Source: Azolla caroliniana
Taxonomy: Eukaryota > Plantae > Polypodiophyta
Direction of reading: 5' to 3'
DNA: 64,000 nt
Assembly: GCA_043228905.1 (NCBI GenBank)
Contig: JBHGNT010000017.1
Span: forward strand, 11,780,001 to 11,844,000
This document shows, piece by piece, positions 37,901 to 48,792 of this stretch (position 1 is the stretch's first letter; every line of letters starts with the position of its first letter). The notes beneath the pieces are model-generated. The model did no database searches and was not told where the DNA came from. It saw only the letters and a list, made by a program, of their open reading frames with translations. The translations under genes were made by a program, and so were the position numbers.

Positions 37901-40095
37901 CAGGAATTTCATGGAGTAGCAAGAAACAGGCTACTGTTGCATTGTCCAGTACAGAAGCTGAGTATAGAGGGGCTGCAATAGCCACTTGTGAAGAGGTATG
38001 GATTAGAAGATTGCTTGCTGATTTGGGAGAGTATATAGACGGTACTGTCACAATCTGGTGTGACAACATGAGCAGCATTCAACTTGCAAAGAACCCTGTG
38101 TTCCATGCAAGAACAAAGCACATTGAAGTGCATTATCACTTTGTTAGAGAAAAAGTGATTGAAGGAGAAGTTGATCTGGTGTATGTGAATACAAATCAGC
38201 AGGTTGCTGATATTCTCACAAAGGGATTGAGTGTGGAAAAGCATACACAGTTTCGGAACATGATGGAAGTTGTAAACATTGATGAGATGGCTAAAAAGCA
38301 AAATGGAAAAGAAGATTGAAGAGAACCTCAAGCAAGAATAAGTTGAGCTTGAGGGGGAGTGTTGAGAAGCAAGCTCAACATGGTATGTGATGCTTATGAG
38401 AAATAAGCTATAGTAGCTATTTAGCTACTAGTGAACAAAAAGGTAAAACAGCTATTTAGCTAGTGACAGCTAATTAGCTAGTGAACAGCTATTTAGCGAC
38501 TGACAGCTAATTAGCTACTGGCAGCTAATTAGCTGCATGTGTAATAACTTACGACTTAGGTAAAAGTAAGTGAGAGAAAAATAGGAAGTAAGCAGTAAGA
38601 GAAAAAACAGAGAATAGTGAGTAGAGAACTCTGAGAGAGAGTGAGAGACCAGAAGACTGACGAGAGCAAGTTGAGCTCTACATGTAATAGAAGAAAACCA
38701 TTTTGCTACTACAGAGGTAAGTCCCCTTTCCTTTCTCTGTCTGTTTAGAGCACGCTAACGATCCAGCACACTACGATCCGCCGCGCACATAAGAAGAGCC
38801 CGAGTGCCTTCTTCACGTTTTCTTAACATTTTAGCCAACCATTCAACCAGTTCGTATGAAGTTCCGAACTGTAAAATGGCAGCTAATTCATGTGCTGCTG
38901 GTGGGATATCCAAGTACCCATGTGCTTCCCGAATTGCTACTTTTGAAGATTGTCCTTGGTGAGGTTGTGTCGAAACACTCTCATTCCCTGGTTTTAGTAC
39001 TTTTGTTACCACAGGCGTATTCGAATTTTCATTTGTGCGTTGCCTTTTCGGTGCTGATCCCTCACTGTTTTCTGGTTGGAATTGCCGATTAGCCTTTTGT
39101 TTAATCCTTGTTCTTTGTCGCATCTTCTCTGCTTGTTGTCGATTTTCTATCGGCTGTTGCTTGTTTATCAAATTGTCAACTGTTTCTTGTTCTGCTGCTG
39201 GTTGCCTGTTTTCGGAATTCTCTGGTCTTGGTGGTTCCGACTGAGGCATATTTGTTTGTATATTATCGGCATGTGCCGATTCTTCTTCTATCCATTCTTC
39301 ATGTACTACCTGTCGGTGTCTTCGTGGTGCTTGTACTATCGGTGGTCTTCTTGACTGAACAGGAGTTTCCGATTCTTGAATCGGAAACAATACCGATAAC
39401 CAACGACCAAAAATTTGCTTCATCGGTTTTCCTGTTTTTACACCTTGTAGCTGCTCTCTCAGAGCTTCCCCCGACAATAGTGGCCAGTTGAAATCCTCTT
39501 TTTTGTATGCGGCTATGATAAACCCAACCCTTTTTTTCGGCATACAATAAAAACGAGGACTGACAAATCCCACCTCTAATAAAAATCTAGCCACTTCATG
39601 AAAAAACTCATCCCGACCTCCATAAGTCTGATATGCTTTTGCCGAGGGTGAGTATTCCCCGAAATACGATTGGAGTGCTTCTGATGAAGGTTTTTTAACT
39701 GCCTCAAAGCCTCCTCTTGGCATCTGTAATGCATTTCGTATTTTCTTTGTGGTGATTTTGGTGATGTCTATTTGTTGTACCAATTCTTCTGCCTGCGGAT
39801 GAGGTTCCGCTTCTGCTACTTTGATGAAACCTTGTAAGTTTCTCTCATGAAGCCACAATCGCAGTTCTTCAGATACAGGAATCGGCATGACTTCTGTGTT
39901 TCCTTGTTCTGAATCACTTGTCGATGACAGTTGCAGATCTGCACAGTTTCTGTAGCGATGAAAATCAGAAAAACAGAGTTTGGGTGAACTAGGGCACGAA
40001 GGAGGCTCAGACTGTTTCGATATCTGCACTCGTTTCTGTTGTTTTGGCGACACAGACGATACAAAAATATGCTTTAAAGATATTAACTTATGCAT
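31980..40095 (-). CDS. Extra sense ORF3 of the gypsy element, up to 886 aa after removing the copia (40095-38829 joined to 33373-31980)
   Basis: Removing the copia and one TSD copy restores the frame: [31 protein letters not shown]. Globular N-terminal part, low-complexity linker, long coiled coil, conserved C-terminal motif. Confidence 0.88.
33427..33556 (+). repeat. Tandem ~18-19 bp palindromic units (CAGCTA[A/T]TTAGCT) in U3; also ~38408-38537
   Basis: About six AGCTAWTTAGC copies read directly from the sequence. Confidence 0.85.
33994..38319 (+). pseudogene. Copia gag-pol with two in-frame nonsense codons (35920 TGA, 37213 TAG)
   Basis: Three ORFs in the same frame cover gag, [25 protein letters not shown], integrase, YVDD RT and RNase H. 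The stops fall at conserved Arg (ERKN-R) and Gln (LYGLK-Q) positions. Confidence 0.93.
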
Positions 40096-40276
40096 GATGA
40101 CTTAAAGAATAGTAATTGCTATTAATGTAGGAATTAATTAGTATTCACTCTACGTGTAGTGGTTGTACTCCTTACTAATAATCATGCAATTCCTCTTTCT
40201 ATTTATAGTCGATTCATATTGTTATGGCAAGATTGTATTTCTGCATTTGACAAGAACTATTGAGTGAGTTAGTTAG

Positions 40277-40365
40277 TTTTTTTTATTTTTTTTATTTTTT
40301 TTATTTTTTTTTTAATTATTTTTATTATTTTTATTTTTATTTTTATTTTTTTATTTTTATTTTTT
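40277..40365. repeat. (T4-9A)n low-complexity tract right after the pol stop; A-rich on the element strand
   Basis: Direct reading of the sequence. Confidence 0.9.
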
Positions 40366-43300
40366 ACTCTTCCGTTTGAATAAACGGATTTACCGGCATA
40401 TCTCCCAAATACGGTTTAAGCCGAAATCCATTGACCCATTTCGGTAAAACCTCTCCGGTTAATGATCCCAGTTGGTACGTACCATTTTTACTATTAATTA
40501 TCCATATTGGACTTGTCCATCTATACCGGAGTTTCCCAGGCATAAGTCCCATTCTCGTCTGGAATACCAATACCGGTTTCCCAATTTCGAATTGCTCTTC
40601 CGATTTCCTTCGATGTCGATTTACGAATGCCTTGATTTGTCTCTGCTTATGTTCTAGTGCTGACATTGATTGAATCCGTTCTTCTTCTAATACTAATAAA
40701 GCCTCTTTGCGTATCTGCTCCGATTCTATTTCATTTAACTTATTCGTTGCTTGGATACGAAGTGTCGGAATTTGAAATTCGATCGGCATAACGGCTTCCA
40801 GTCCGAATGCCATTCGGAAAGGTGTTGATTTTATGGATGTTTTGTACGAAGTACGATATGCCCATAAAGCACTATTTAACTTTTGATCCCAATCAGTACG
40901 ATTTTCATTCACTATTTTCTTTAAAATTGTTTGAATTGTTTTATTTGTCGATTCTGCCAATCCATTAGCTTGGGGATAGTAAGGCGTACTTTTCTTATGA
41001 ACTACGGCATAGTAATTGGTTAATTCGTTAATTAACTTGTTGATAAAATGAGTGCCTTGATCGCTTACCAATTCTATTGGGCAACCGAATCGACACCATA
41101 TATTCTCATACAGGAATTTTGCTGTGGATGCTGCTGTATTGTCCCTGAGAGCTTTTGCTTCAACCCATTTTGTGCAATAGTCAATCGCAACTATGATATA
41201 TCGATTACCGGTTCTTGCAGCTGCTGGTTTGAATGGGCCAACAAAATCTAAGCCCCATTTCTGAAATGGCTCAAGAGGTAAAACCGGTTGAAAAGGCATT
41301 CGATCCTTTTCGGTTGGTTGCCCCATTCTTTGACACAAATCGCATTTCTTACAGTATTCGTTAGCATCTTTCATCACCGTTGGCCACCATAACCCGCTAT
41401 TCCATATTTTTCTGGCTGTTGCTTCTCCTGCGTAATGACCGCCAGCAATTCCACAATGTGACTCTGTTAATATGGCTGATTTTTCAAATTTTCGTACTGC
41501 CCTTCGCCATATTCCATCCGCTCCTTTATGATACAACATGTCATTAAATAAACAAAAATTGCGACTTCGTACTGCAATTCTTTTTCTTTCATCTGTGGAC
41601 ATGTGTTCGGCCGGAATTCCTGTTGATAGAAATATCGTCATTTCGGAAATCCATTCATCCTCTTTTTCCTCATTCACTTCATTTGCTTTTACTGCCTCAA
41701 CCCGAAATAATTGAGTATCTGGAAAATCATCTTTAACCCCAACCGCTTCTTCTCCAGACTCAAGCTGACTGAGATAGTCAGCAATCGCGTGTTGTGCTCC
41801 TGGTCGATGTATAATGTCGAATTCAAACTCTTGAAGCAATAACGTCCATCGGGCTAACTTGCCTGTCAATTCTTGTTTGGAAACTAGATACAGTAAAGCC
41901 GAATGATCCACATGAAATGTAAATTTCTTACCCAAAAGGTAATGTCGAAATTTGTTCACACTATATATCATTCCCAAAGCTTCTCTTTCGGTTGTTGAAT
42001 AGTTTCTTTCGGCCGACGAAAGTTTCCTACTGGCATAGTATACCGGCCTATACCAGTTTGGTTCGGATAATTGCATTAAAGCACTGCCTATGGCAATGTC
42101 CGACGCATCGACGAAAACATGAAATGGTTTGTTCCAGTCCGGTGGTTGAACTACCGGAACCTTTGTCAGCATCTTCTTGAGACATTCGTATGCATCTTGT
42201 TCTATACTTGTCCATATAAAAGGAACTTTGTGTACTGCTGTGTGTAACGGAATAGCAATGTCTGCTAGATATCTCATCATTCTACTGTGCCACCGAATTT
42301 GACCCAAAAATCTACTTAGAGCTTTAGCATTTGTTGGTGGTGTTGCCTCAATAATTGCTTTAACTTTGTCTGGGTCCACTGCAATCCCTTCTTGACTGAC
42401 AATATGCCCAAGTAATGTACCACTCATTACTCCGAATGCGCATTTGGCTGGATTTAAACTAAGACGGCCTTTTCGACATTTTTCTAAACATAGCCGTAAA
42501 TGCTCAAAATGATCAGCTTTCCGACTATATACTGCAAAATCATCTAAAAACACCTGCATGAAAGCTGGAATATATTCCCCGAATATTTCCTGTATTACCC
42601 GCTGAAATGTAGCTGGAGCTGTTTTTAAACCGAACATCATGACTACTGCCACAAAGACACCCCATTCTGTGACGAAAGCTGTCTTTTCCTGATCTTCCGG
42701 ATTCATCCGTACTTGGTTGTACCCACTGAACCCATCCAAGAAACTATAAATTTCATGTCCCGCTACTGCATCTAATATCCCATCTGTGAATGGCAATGGA
42801 AACGCATCCGTAATTGTTGCTGCATTCAATTTTCTGTAATCCACACATACGCGAATTTTCCCATTCTTTTTCGGGACTACTACTATCGGACTCAGCCATG
42901 TTGATTTTTTGACGGGTCGAATAAATCCTACTTTTAAGAGTTTATCGATTTCTTCTTTTACTTTGATAGCATAATTCGGATTCAACCTGTACCTGCGTTG
43001 TTGTACTGGCTTTGCATCTTTATGCAAATTGATTTGATGTTGACAAAAAGCGGGATCCAGACCTTTCATATCGTCAAACGACCATGCAAAAACATCTTTA
43101 TATTGTAATAGTAATGTTGTTAATGTCCGTTTGTCATTTACCGTCAAATCTCTAGCAATGAAGACTGGTTTTCTTTCAGCATCCTCTACTCCTGCCAAAT
43201 CGATCTCCTCCAATGCTGAGGCTTGCACTCTCTGAGATACCTTCATTTCCTTATCTGTAGCTTCTTGTTGCATTCGTATTTCTTTCATTGTTTGCTCATC

Positions 43301-45856
43301 GATTGGCACTTCTTCGTGTGAGTCTACATATGGTGTTAATGCTTGCAAAATATCTACCTCAAATAGAGGGATGATTTTTTGATTATCATCAAAATACTGA
43401 CTTTCTTCTTCCTCGTCCAATCCTTCCATCATATTAACTGCTTCTGCATGTACAGGTAAACTCTGTTTGGTTGTTGTCACTTTGTTGTGCGTCGGAATCC
43501 TGACCTTATTTTTTCCTTTCCTAAATGTTAGCACATTTTGTTTCCAATTTTGTTTAATATTAGCTGTCTTTAACCATGGTCTCCCCAATAACAAGGGGTA
43601 TGCTCCCTGTGTTTCTAACTGCAAAATTACTGCCGAAATCTGAAAACTGTGTCCCCCGATTATTACATCCAGTTGTCGAAGCAACCCAATCGGTCGTACC
43701 GTACTTGTATCTGCCATTCGTAACCAAAACGGACATGCTTCCCATTCCGTGATTCCCAGTTTTTCACATGTAGTTTTGTTAATCACATTAACACCCGAGC
43801 CTCCATCTATAATCACATTTCCGATTTCTTGCCCGTAAAGTATTACCTTAATCGACGGATTCTGTTCATCCATGATCGAAGGGTTATTACTTGGCTGATT
43901 GTAGTGTACTGCTATTTGTTCGGAACCTTTATATGCAATTAATGCTGCCACTTTTTCTGTAAACCTTGGTACTAACTTAAGTAAGCCCGTAAGTGGCAAT
44001 GACACTTGGCAATCAGCCAACAGTTTCCAAGTTTCTTCCTGGTCCTTATTCCCCAATGACTGTTGTACAGCGATGTCCTGGTCAATGTTATTGTCTTGTA
44101 ACATTCGATTCACATTACTTTGATTTGCTTCATCCACCCATTCTTTTGCCGCCTTCCGAACTTCTTCCTGAATTTCCCACTCTGATTGTTTGCTTTTGTT
44201 GCGTGTCGTTACTTGCTGAACTTCCGGTATTACCATATTAACTGCTGGACCCTTTCCTTTAACCGGACATTGATTAGCATAATGGCCTAGTTGTCGACAA
44301 ATGTAACAAGTGGGCACAAATGTTGCACTGGCCTCTCCATGTGCAAATTGCCCGTTATTAAATTGCTGCTCTTCATTACCATTCGGGTTTTGTTGGTATT
44401 GACGTGTAGCTTTTGGTTTGTAAAATCTCTTGTTTTTATACCGATTCTGCCTAAATTGTTCAGTATTATCATTTGGTTGTGCTATATTGTGTGGTATCCC
44501 GAACTCCTGATTTGGCGGAAAATTACTCTGTTGAAACATTTGATTATTTTGTGGAACGGTTTGATTATTATGTTGAAAAGTCGTATTACCCGGTTGAAAT
44601 GCCGGATTTGATTGAAATGTAGAATTCGGTTGCACATTCGGACAGTTCTGTTGAAACCCTTGAAATGGTGGCTTACCTATTTGGAAATTTTGATTATTTT
44701 GTTGAAAATATTGATTCGGATTCTGTACGAATGGTGGGTTGGATTGAGCAAAACCTGGTTGAAATGCTTGAGTCACTTGAGTGGGTTGCATATTTTGTTG
44801 TGAAAAGATCTGATTTGGCTGTAGAACCGGATTCTGTTGTACATTTTGCTGATTTTGTGAAAAATTATTATTTTGATAACCATGGAACAAATTAGTGTTA
44901 TTTTGGTAACCATGGTCAGCAAAAATTTGTCGTACTGACGCCGTAGTCTTATTAAGCAGATTATATTCACATTGTTCTACGGAATGTAATTTTGAATGAC
45001 ATATTGTACAATGTGTTCTTAACGTACAGTCAATTGCCGAATGCCCCGTATTTAAACAAGTGGTGCATTGAACTGCTTGTCGAAATTGTAACTCCTCCAT
45101 TGTTGGTAATGTACGGTGTAATGCCGACATGTCCATACTCTGAACATTGACCGGTGGTCAACCCATTTCTATTGCTTTATCAATGACTTGTTCGATAGTC
45201 TGATTTCGAAAATCGAACACTTTCAATGTCGTTCTTAATGGTTCTTTTACAGCTTCTAGAAAGACTTCTTTTAATTCCTTATCCGGAATCGGCCTTGAAA
45301 TCTGAAGCTGTAAGTTCTGAAATCGTATCACAAACTGAGATACTGTTTCATTTTTTTCTTGATATAACGCATAAAATTGCGCAATCAAATCCTTCTGCGG
45401 AATTTGTTGATGAAATAATTGTAAAAATTTACTAGTTAACACTTCAAAGGATGGAAATCCTTGAAGACCGTTCTGCGCAAACCAATTAGCGGAATATCCG
45501 TCTAATGATAAGACGAACTCAGCGATTTTTGACTTATCTTCGGCATCTGCCGACAATCGCTGAGCTCCATGGTTAATCTCCCATGTCGTTAAGAAATCCC
45601 TAACATGTGCTTCCGCATCTGTTCCTTCCCGGAACTTAGAATAAGTATAAGGCATATCGTCCCAAATGTCGTAAAACGATACCTCTTCCGTCTGTTTTTC
45701 GTCTGAAGGTAATTGATCGGATAAGTCAGGAAGTTTCGACCACTTTGTGCTTGATTCCGGCTGTTCTTGCGCAAGGAACGCTTGCTGCACTACCTTCGTA
45801 ACTGACCTTGTACGAGGGCGCTTACAACTGACCGGTACCTCCTCTTCATACGACAT
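40364..45856 (-). CDS. Gypsy gag-pol in one frame with a single in-frame TGA at 45158-45160
   Basis: Gag 45856-45158 is in frame with ORF 45136-40364 (7 codons between). Three CCHC knuckles, IIDGGSG protease, VFLDDF RT, FVDASD RNase H, H-H-CKKC and WGLDFVGP / VSDQGTHF / NGLAESTN integrase; no chromodomain. Confidence 0.92.
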
Positions 45857-47002
45857 CCATTCGAATTGTTCTCTGCTTAATTGCAGATGTAACCGGGCGT
45901 GCCAAAATTCTTCTGTGTTAATCGGCTAATTACTAACTACTACCGATACAGAAGAGTGAACGTCGCTACTCAACGTTCTAACAAGGAATTGTGTTTTACG
46001 AACGGAATTATACTATATTAATCGGTAATTACCGTGATCGTTACTTAGTTATAAATTAGGAAGCTTACACTTAAGATCATAGACAATAGAAGGAACACAG
46101 AATCCGTACAAGATATTCCTAACTTAAACTTATATTACTAAATAAAACGACCTTTCTTACAATGCCTTCGGTTCCCTTTTATAGGTATACCGAAGGTCTT
46201 TTCTCATCAAGAACTATTCCTACTTACTATCAAGATTTACAAAATTATCTAACTAACTTAGTTCTCTTCGTTTACTGCTGAGTCATTGATCCGAACAGTC
46301 GATCCGAACCGACTCTGTTTTCGACGCTTTCCCACTTGTTCGGTAAAACTGACTGTCCGGGTCCGGGTAACAACAATCCAGCATCTTGAGTTCAATTCCA
46401 TGCATCCACATGACCTTTACTTTACATAAAGTTTGTCTTTAGTTGCATGAGTACATAACCTTTAGTTTAGTTTAGTTTACTTTACTTTAGTCCGGCCGCA
46501 TGATCCTATCATCCGTAAAGTTCGGCCCATGCATGATCCGTCCGTCTTAACCGTCGCCCAACCGATTCGTCCGTTTGCATCTGGCCCATCCGATCTGTCC
46601 GGTCTATCTCAACCATCACCTAGCCGATTCGTCTGGTTGCATCCTGCCTGATTCGTTCAGTCTGGTCCCCGTTCCGTCGTCGTCCGTCTGTCCACATTCG
46701 TCCATCCGAATAACTTAGCCCAAGTCACCTTGACCATTCTGTGCTTCACAAATACACATAAAGTAATAGGTTCTGGCTCTCGTTATATACTATAGCATCC
46801 GATGTTGTCCTATCTATGTGGGATATCTCACGGTTTTATTTTCCTCTTCTTCTCAAACTTCACACTCACATAACTTGATACTTAGTTATCCGTTTCATGT
46901 GTAGTAAAATGCATTTGGAAGCTCTTGAAGGCATCTATCTTTCTATATCAAACTATTTTAAGCTAATCTTAAATATTTATTTCACTATTTTTCATATCAT
47001 GT

Positions 47003-48275
47003 GTGAAAAAGCACACGACAATGTTAGATTTAGTACAACGATCTTTCTGGTGGCCGGATATGCGACGATTTGTCAAAGATTATGTTCGGACATGTGATAC
47101 ATGTTGCAAAGCAAAAATGCCAAGAAACCGTCCATATGGTTTATTGGAACCATTACCAATTCCAAACAAGTCGTGGCAATCCATTACTCTAGATTTCATC
47201 ACAAATCTTCCAGTATCTAAGGGATTCGATGCGATCGTAATGGTAGTAGATCGATATACAAAGATGGCCCATTTCCTGCCATGTACTAAGGAAATCACTA
47301 GTGAAGAAACCGCCAAATTTGTCATGCGTGAGGTATGTCGGCATCATGGCCTCCCCTATAGTATGATCAACTACCGTGGACCCCAGTTTGTTTTGAAATT
47401 CTAGAAGCACCACTTCAAAATGCTCAAGGTCACTTGTAACCTCTCCTCTGTCTACCACCTACAAACAGACAAACAAGCAGAACGAATAAATCAAACGCTA
47501 GAACATTATCTTAAGTGTTTTCTAAGCTATCATCAGGATGATTGGGTGGATATTCTCCATTTCGCCAAATTTGCGTATAATAATTCTGTCCACTCATTGA
47601 CTAAGGTCACACCATTTTATGCTTATATGGGCTATCATCCCCGGTGGTGTGTTTTCGAAAATCTGGAGTTGCCCACAAATCCTTGTGCAGAGGATCGTTT
47701 GGAATGGCTACGCAAGATACGGGCGGATTTATCTACTCATTTACAACAAGCTCAACAAACACACAAGGATTATGCGGATCGTCATTGGCTTCCATCTAGT
47801 TTTAACATTGGAGATCGGGTATGGCTATTAAGATGACACATCAAGACTACTCACCCATGCGATAAATTGGATTATCGGCGATTGGGTCCTTTTTGTATTA
47901 TCGGAAAAATTAATGATGTCACTTTTCATCTGATCTGTAGACCTCCGCAACTACGGATACATCCGGTATTTCATAGTTCTCTTCTAGAACCCTATCAGGA
48001 AAGCACTATCCCAGGTCGTATCAAACCACCTCCACCCTCGATCAAAATCTACTATTCCAAGATTGCCGCCATCCTCGATTCCAAGATTGTTCGCAACAAG
48101 CTCTACTATTTAGTCGATTGGTTAGGATATGGTCCCAACGAGCGTACTTGCGAACCAATAGAGAATGTGACCAATGGTCATGCTCTTCTTGAAGACTTCC
48201 ATCGTCAATATCCAAACAAACTGGGTCATCAATCCAAAACAACTCGTAACACTTGTCGTTTTAAAAGGGGGATAA
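47003..48275 (+). pseudogene. Chromovirus integrase, GPF domain and chromodomain
   Basis: FWWPDMRRFVKDYVRTCDTC, WQSITLDFIT, VVDRYTKMAHF, RLGPF..IHPVFHSSLLEPY and chromodomain ILDSKIVRNKLYYLVDWLGYGPNERTCEP. Confidence 0.9.
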
Positions 48276-48792
48276 TGTCATGATATAGCAAGATTTGAAC
48301 CCATGACCTTATGTTACATGGGTCGAGCCTTTGCCATTAGACAATACATTGTAATACGAAAGATATTGTTTTCATTTATTATTTCACTATAGAAAATTGA
48401 TGTATATTCCAGATTTCTCTGGAACATTCTAGAAAATTTAGGAGTACTCCTGAAAACACTATATAAGAAGGCACAACGCATTATTTCGAACCAAATCGGT
48501 TCAACACAAGTCTTATGCCTCCTAGCTATTACTGTATATTCTCTTCACATAATATATATCTTTTGTTATCATCATTCTCTCTTTCTATCTCTCTCTCTCA
48601 CTCTTTCCTTCTCTCGAGAGTTCTACACCTCTCTTAGTACTAATCCTTATCTTTTGGTATTAATTCCTTCTCTGTCTTTGTACTATTCCCGACACCTTTT
48701 TAAAAGGCTCTCCATTCATTGGTTGTCCAAATCATGATAGGGCATGCACCTATCTTTCCTTCTATCCAATCGTATTAGTCCCCTTTTTAACA

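Larger units (their letters stand above)
33379..38828 (+). mobile_element. Young full-length AT-rich Ty1/copia element
   Basis: 469-bp LTRs 33379-33847 and 38360-38828 with one substitution seen; TSD TTTTA at 33374-33378 and 38829-38833; PBS TGGTATCAGAGC at 33848; PPT 38352-38359. Confidence 0.97.
31479..46372 (-). mobile_element. Young full-length non-chromoviral Ty3/gypsy with an extra 3' ORF, interrupted by a copia
   Basis: 457-bp LTRs 31479-31935 and 45916-46372 with no difference seen; TSD ACAGT/ACAAT (one mismatch); PBS TGGCACGCCCGGT at 45904-45892; no PPT. Confidence 0.95.
29434..48694 (+). mobile_element. Tcn1-like chromovirus (Ty3/gypsy), degenerate, RT/RNase H missing, hosting nested elements
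   Basis: LTRs 29434-29858 and 48276-48694 (TGTCA..GACA); TSD CCTTT at 29429-29433 and 48695-48699; PPT AAAAGGGGGATAA 48263-48275; gag remnants ~29950-30760; protease ALLDSGA ~31020; integrase 47003-47836. Confidence 0.93.
27421..48792 (-). mobile_element. 5' part of a minus-strand LTR element: LTR split into 29119-29433 and 48700-48792, PBS-Met, long leader, decayed gag start
   Basis: GCTCTGATACCA at 29106-29117 is the PBS on the minus strand, beside TGTTAA at 29119; TTAACA at 48787-48792 closes the LTR once the chromovirus is removed. It may be the 5' half of the 20431-22564 pol remnant (unproven). Confidence 0.65.
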
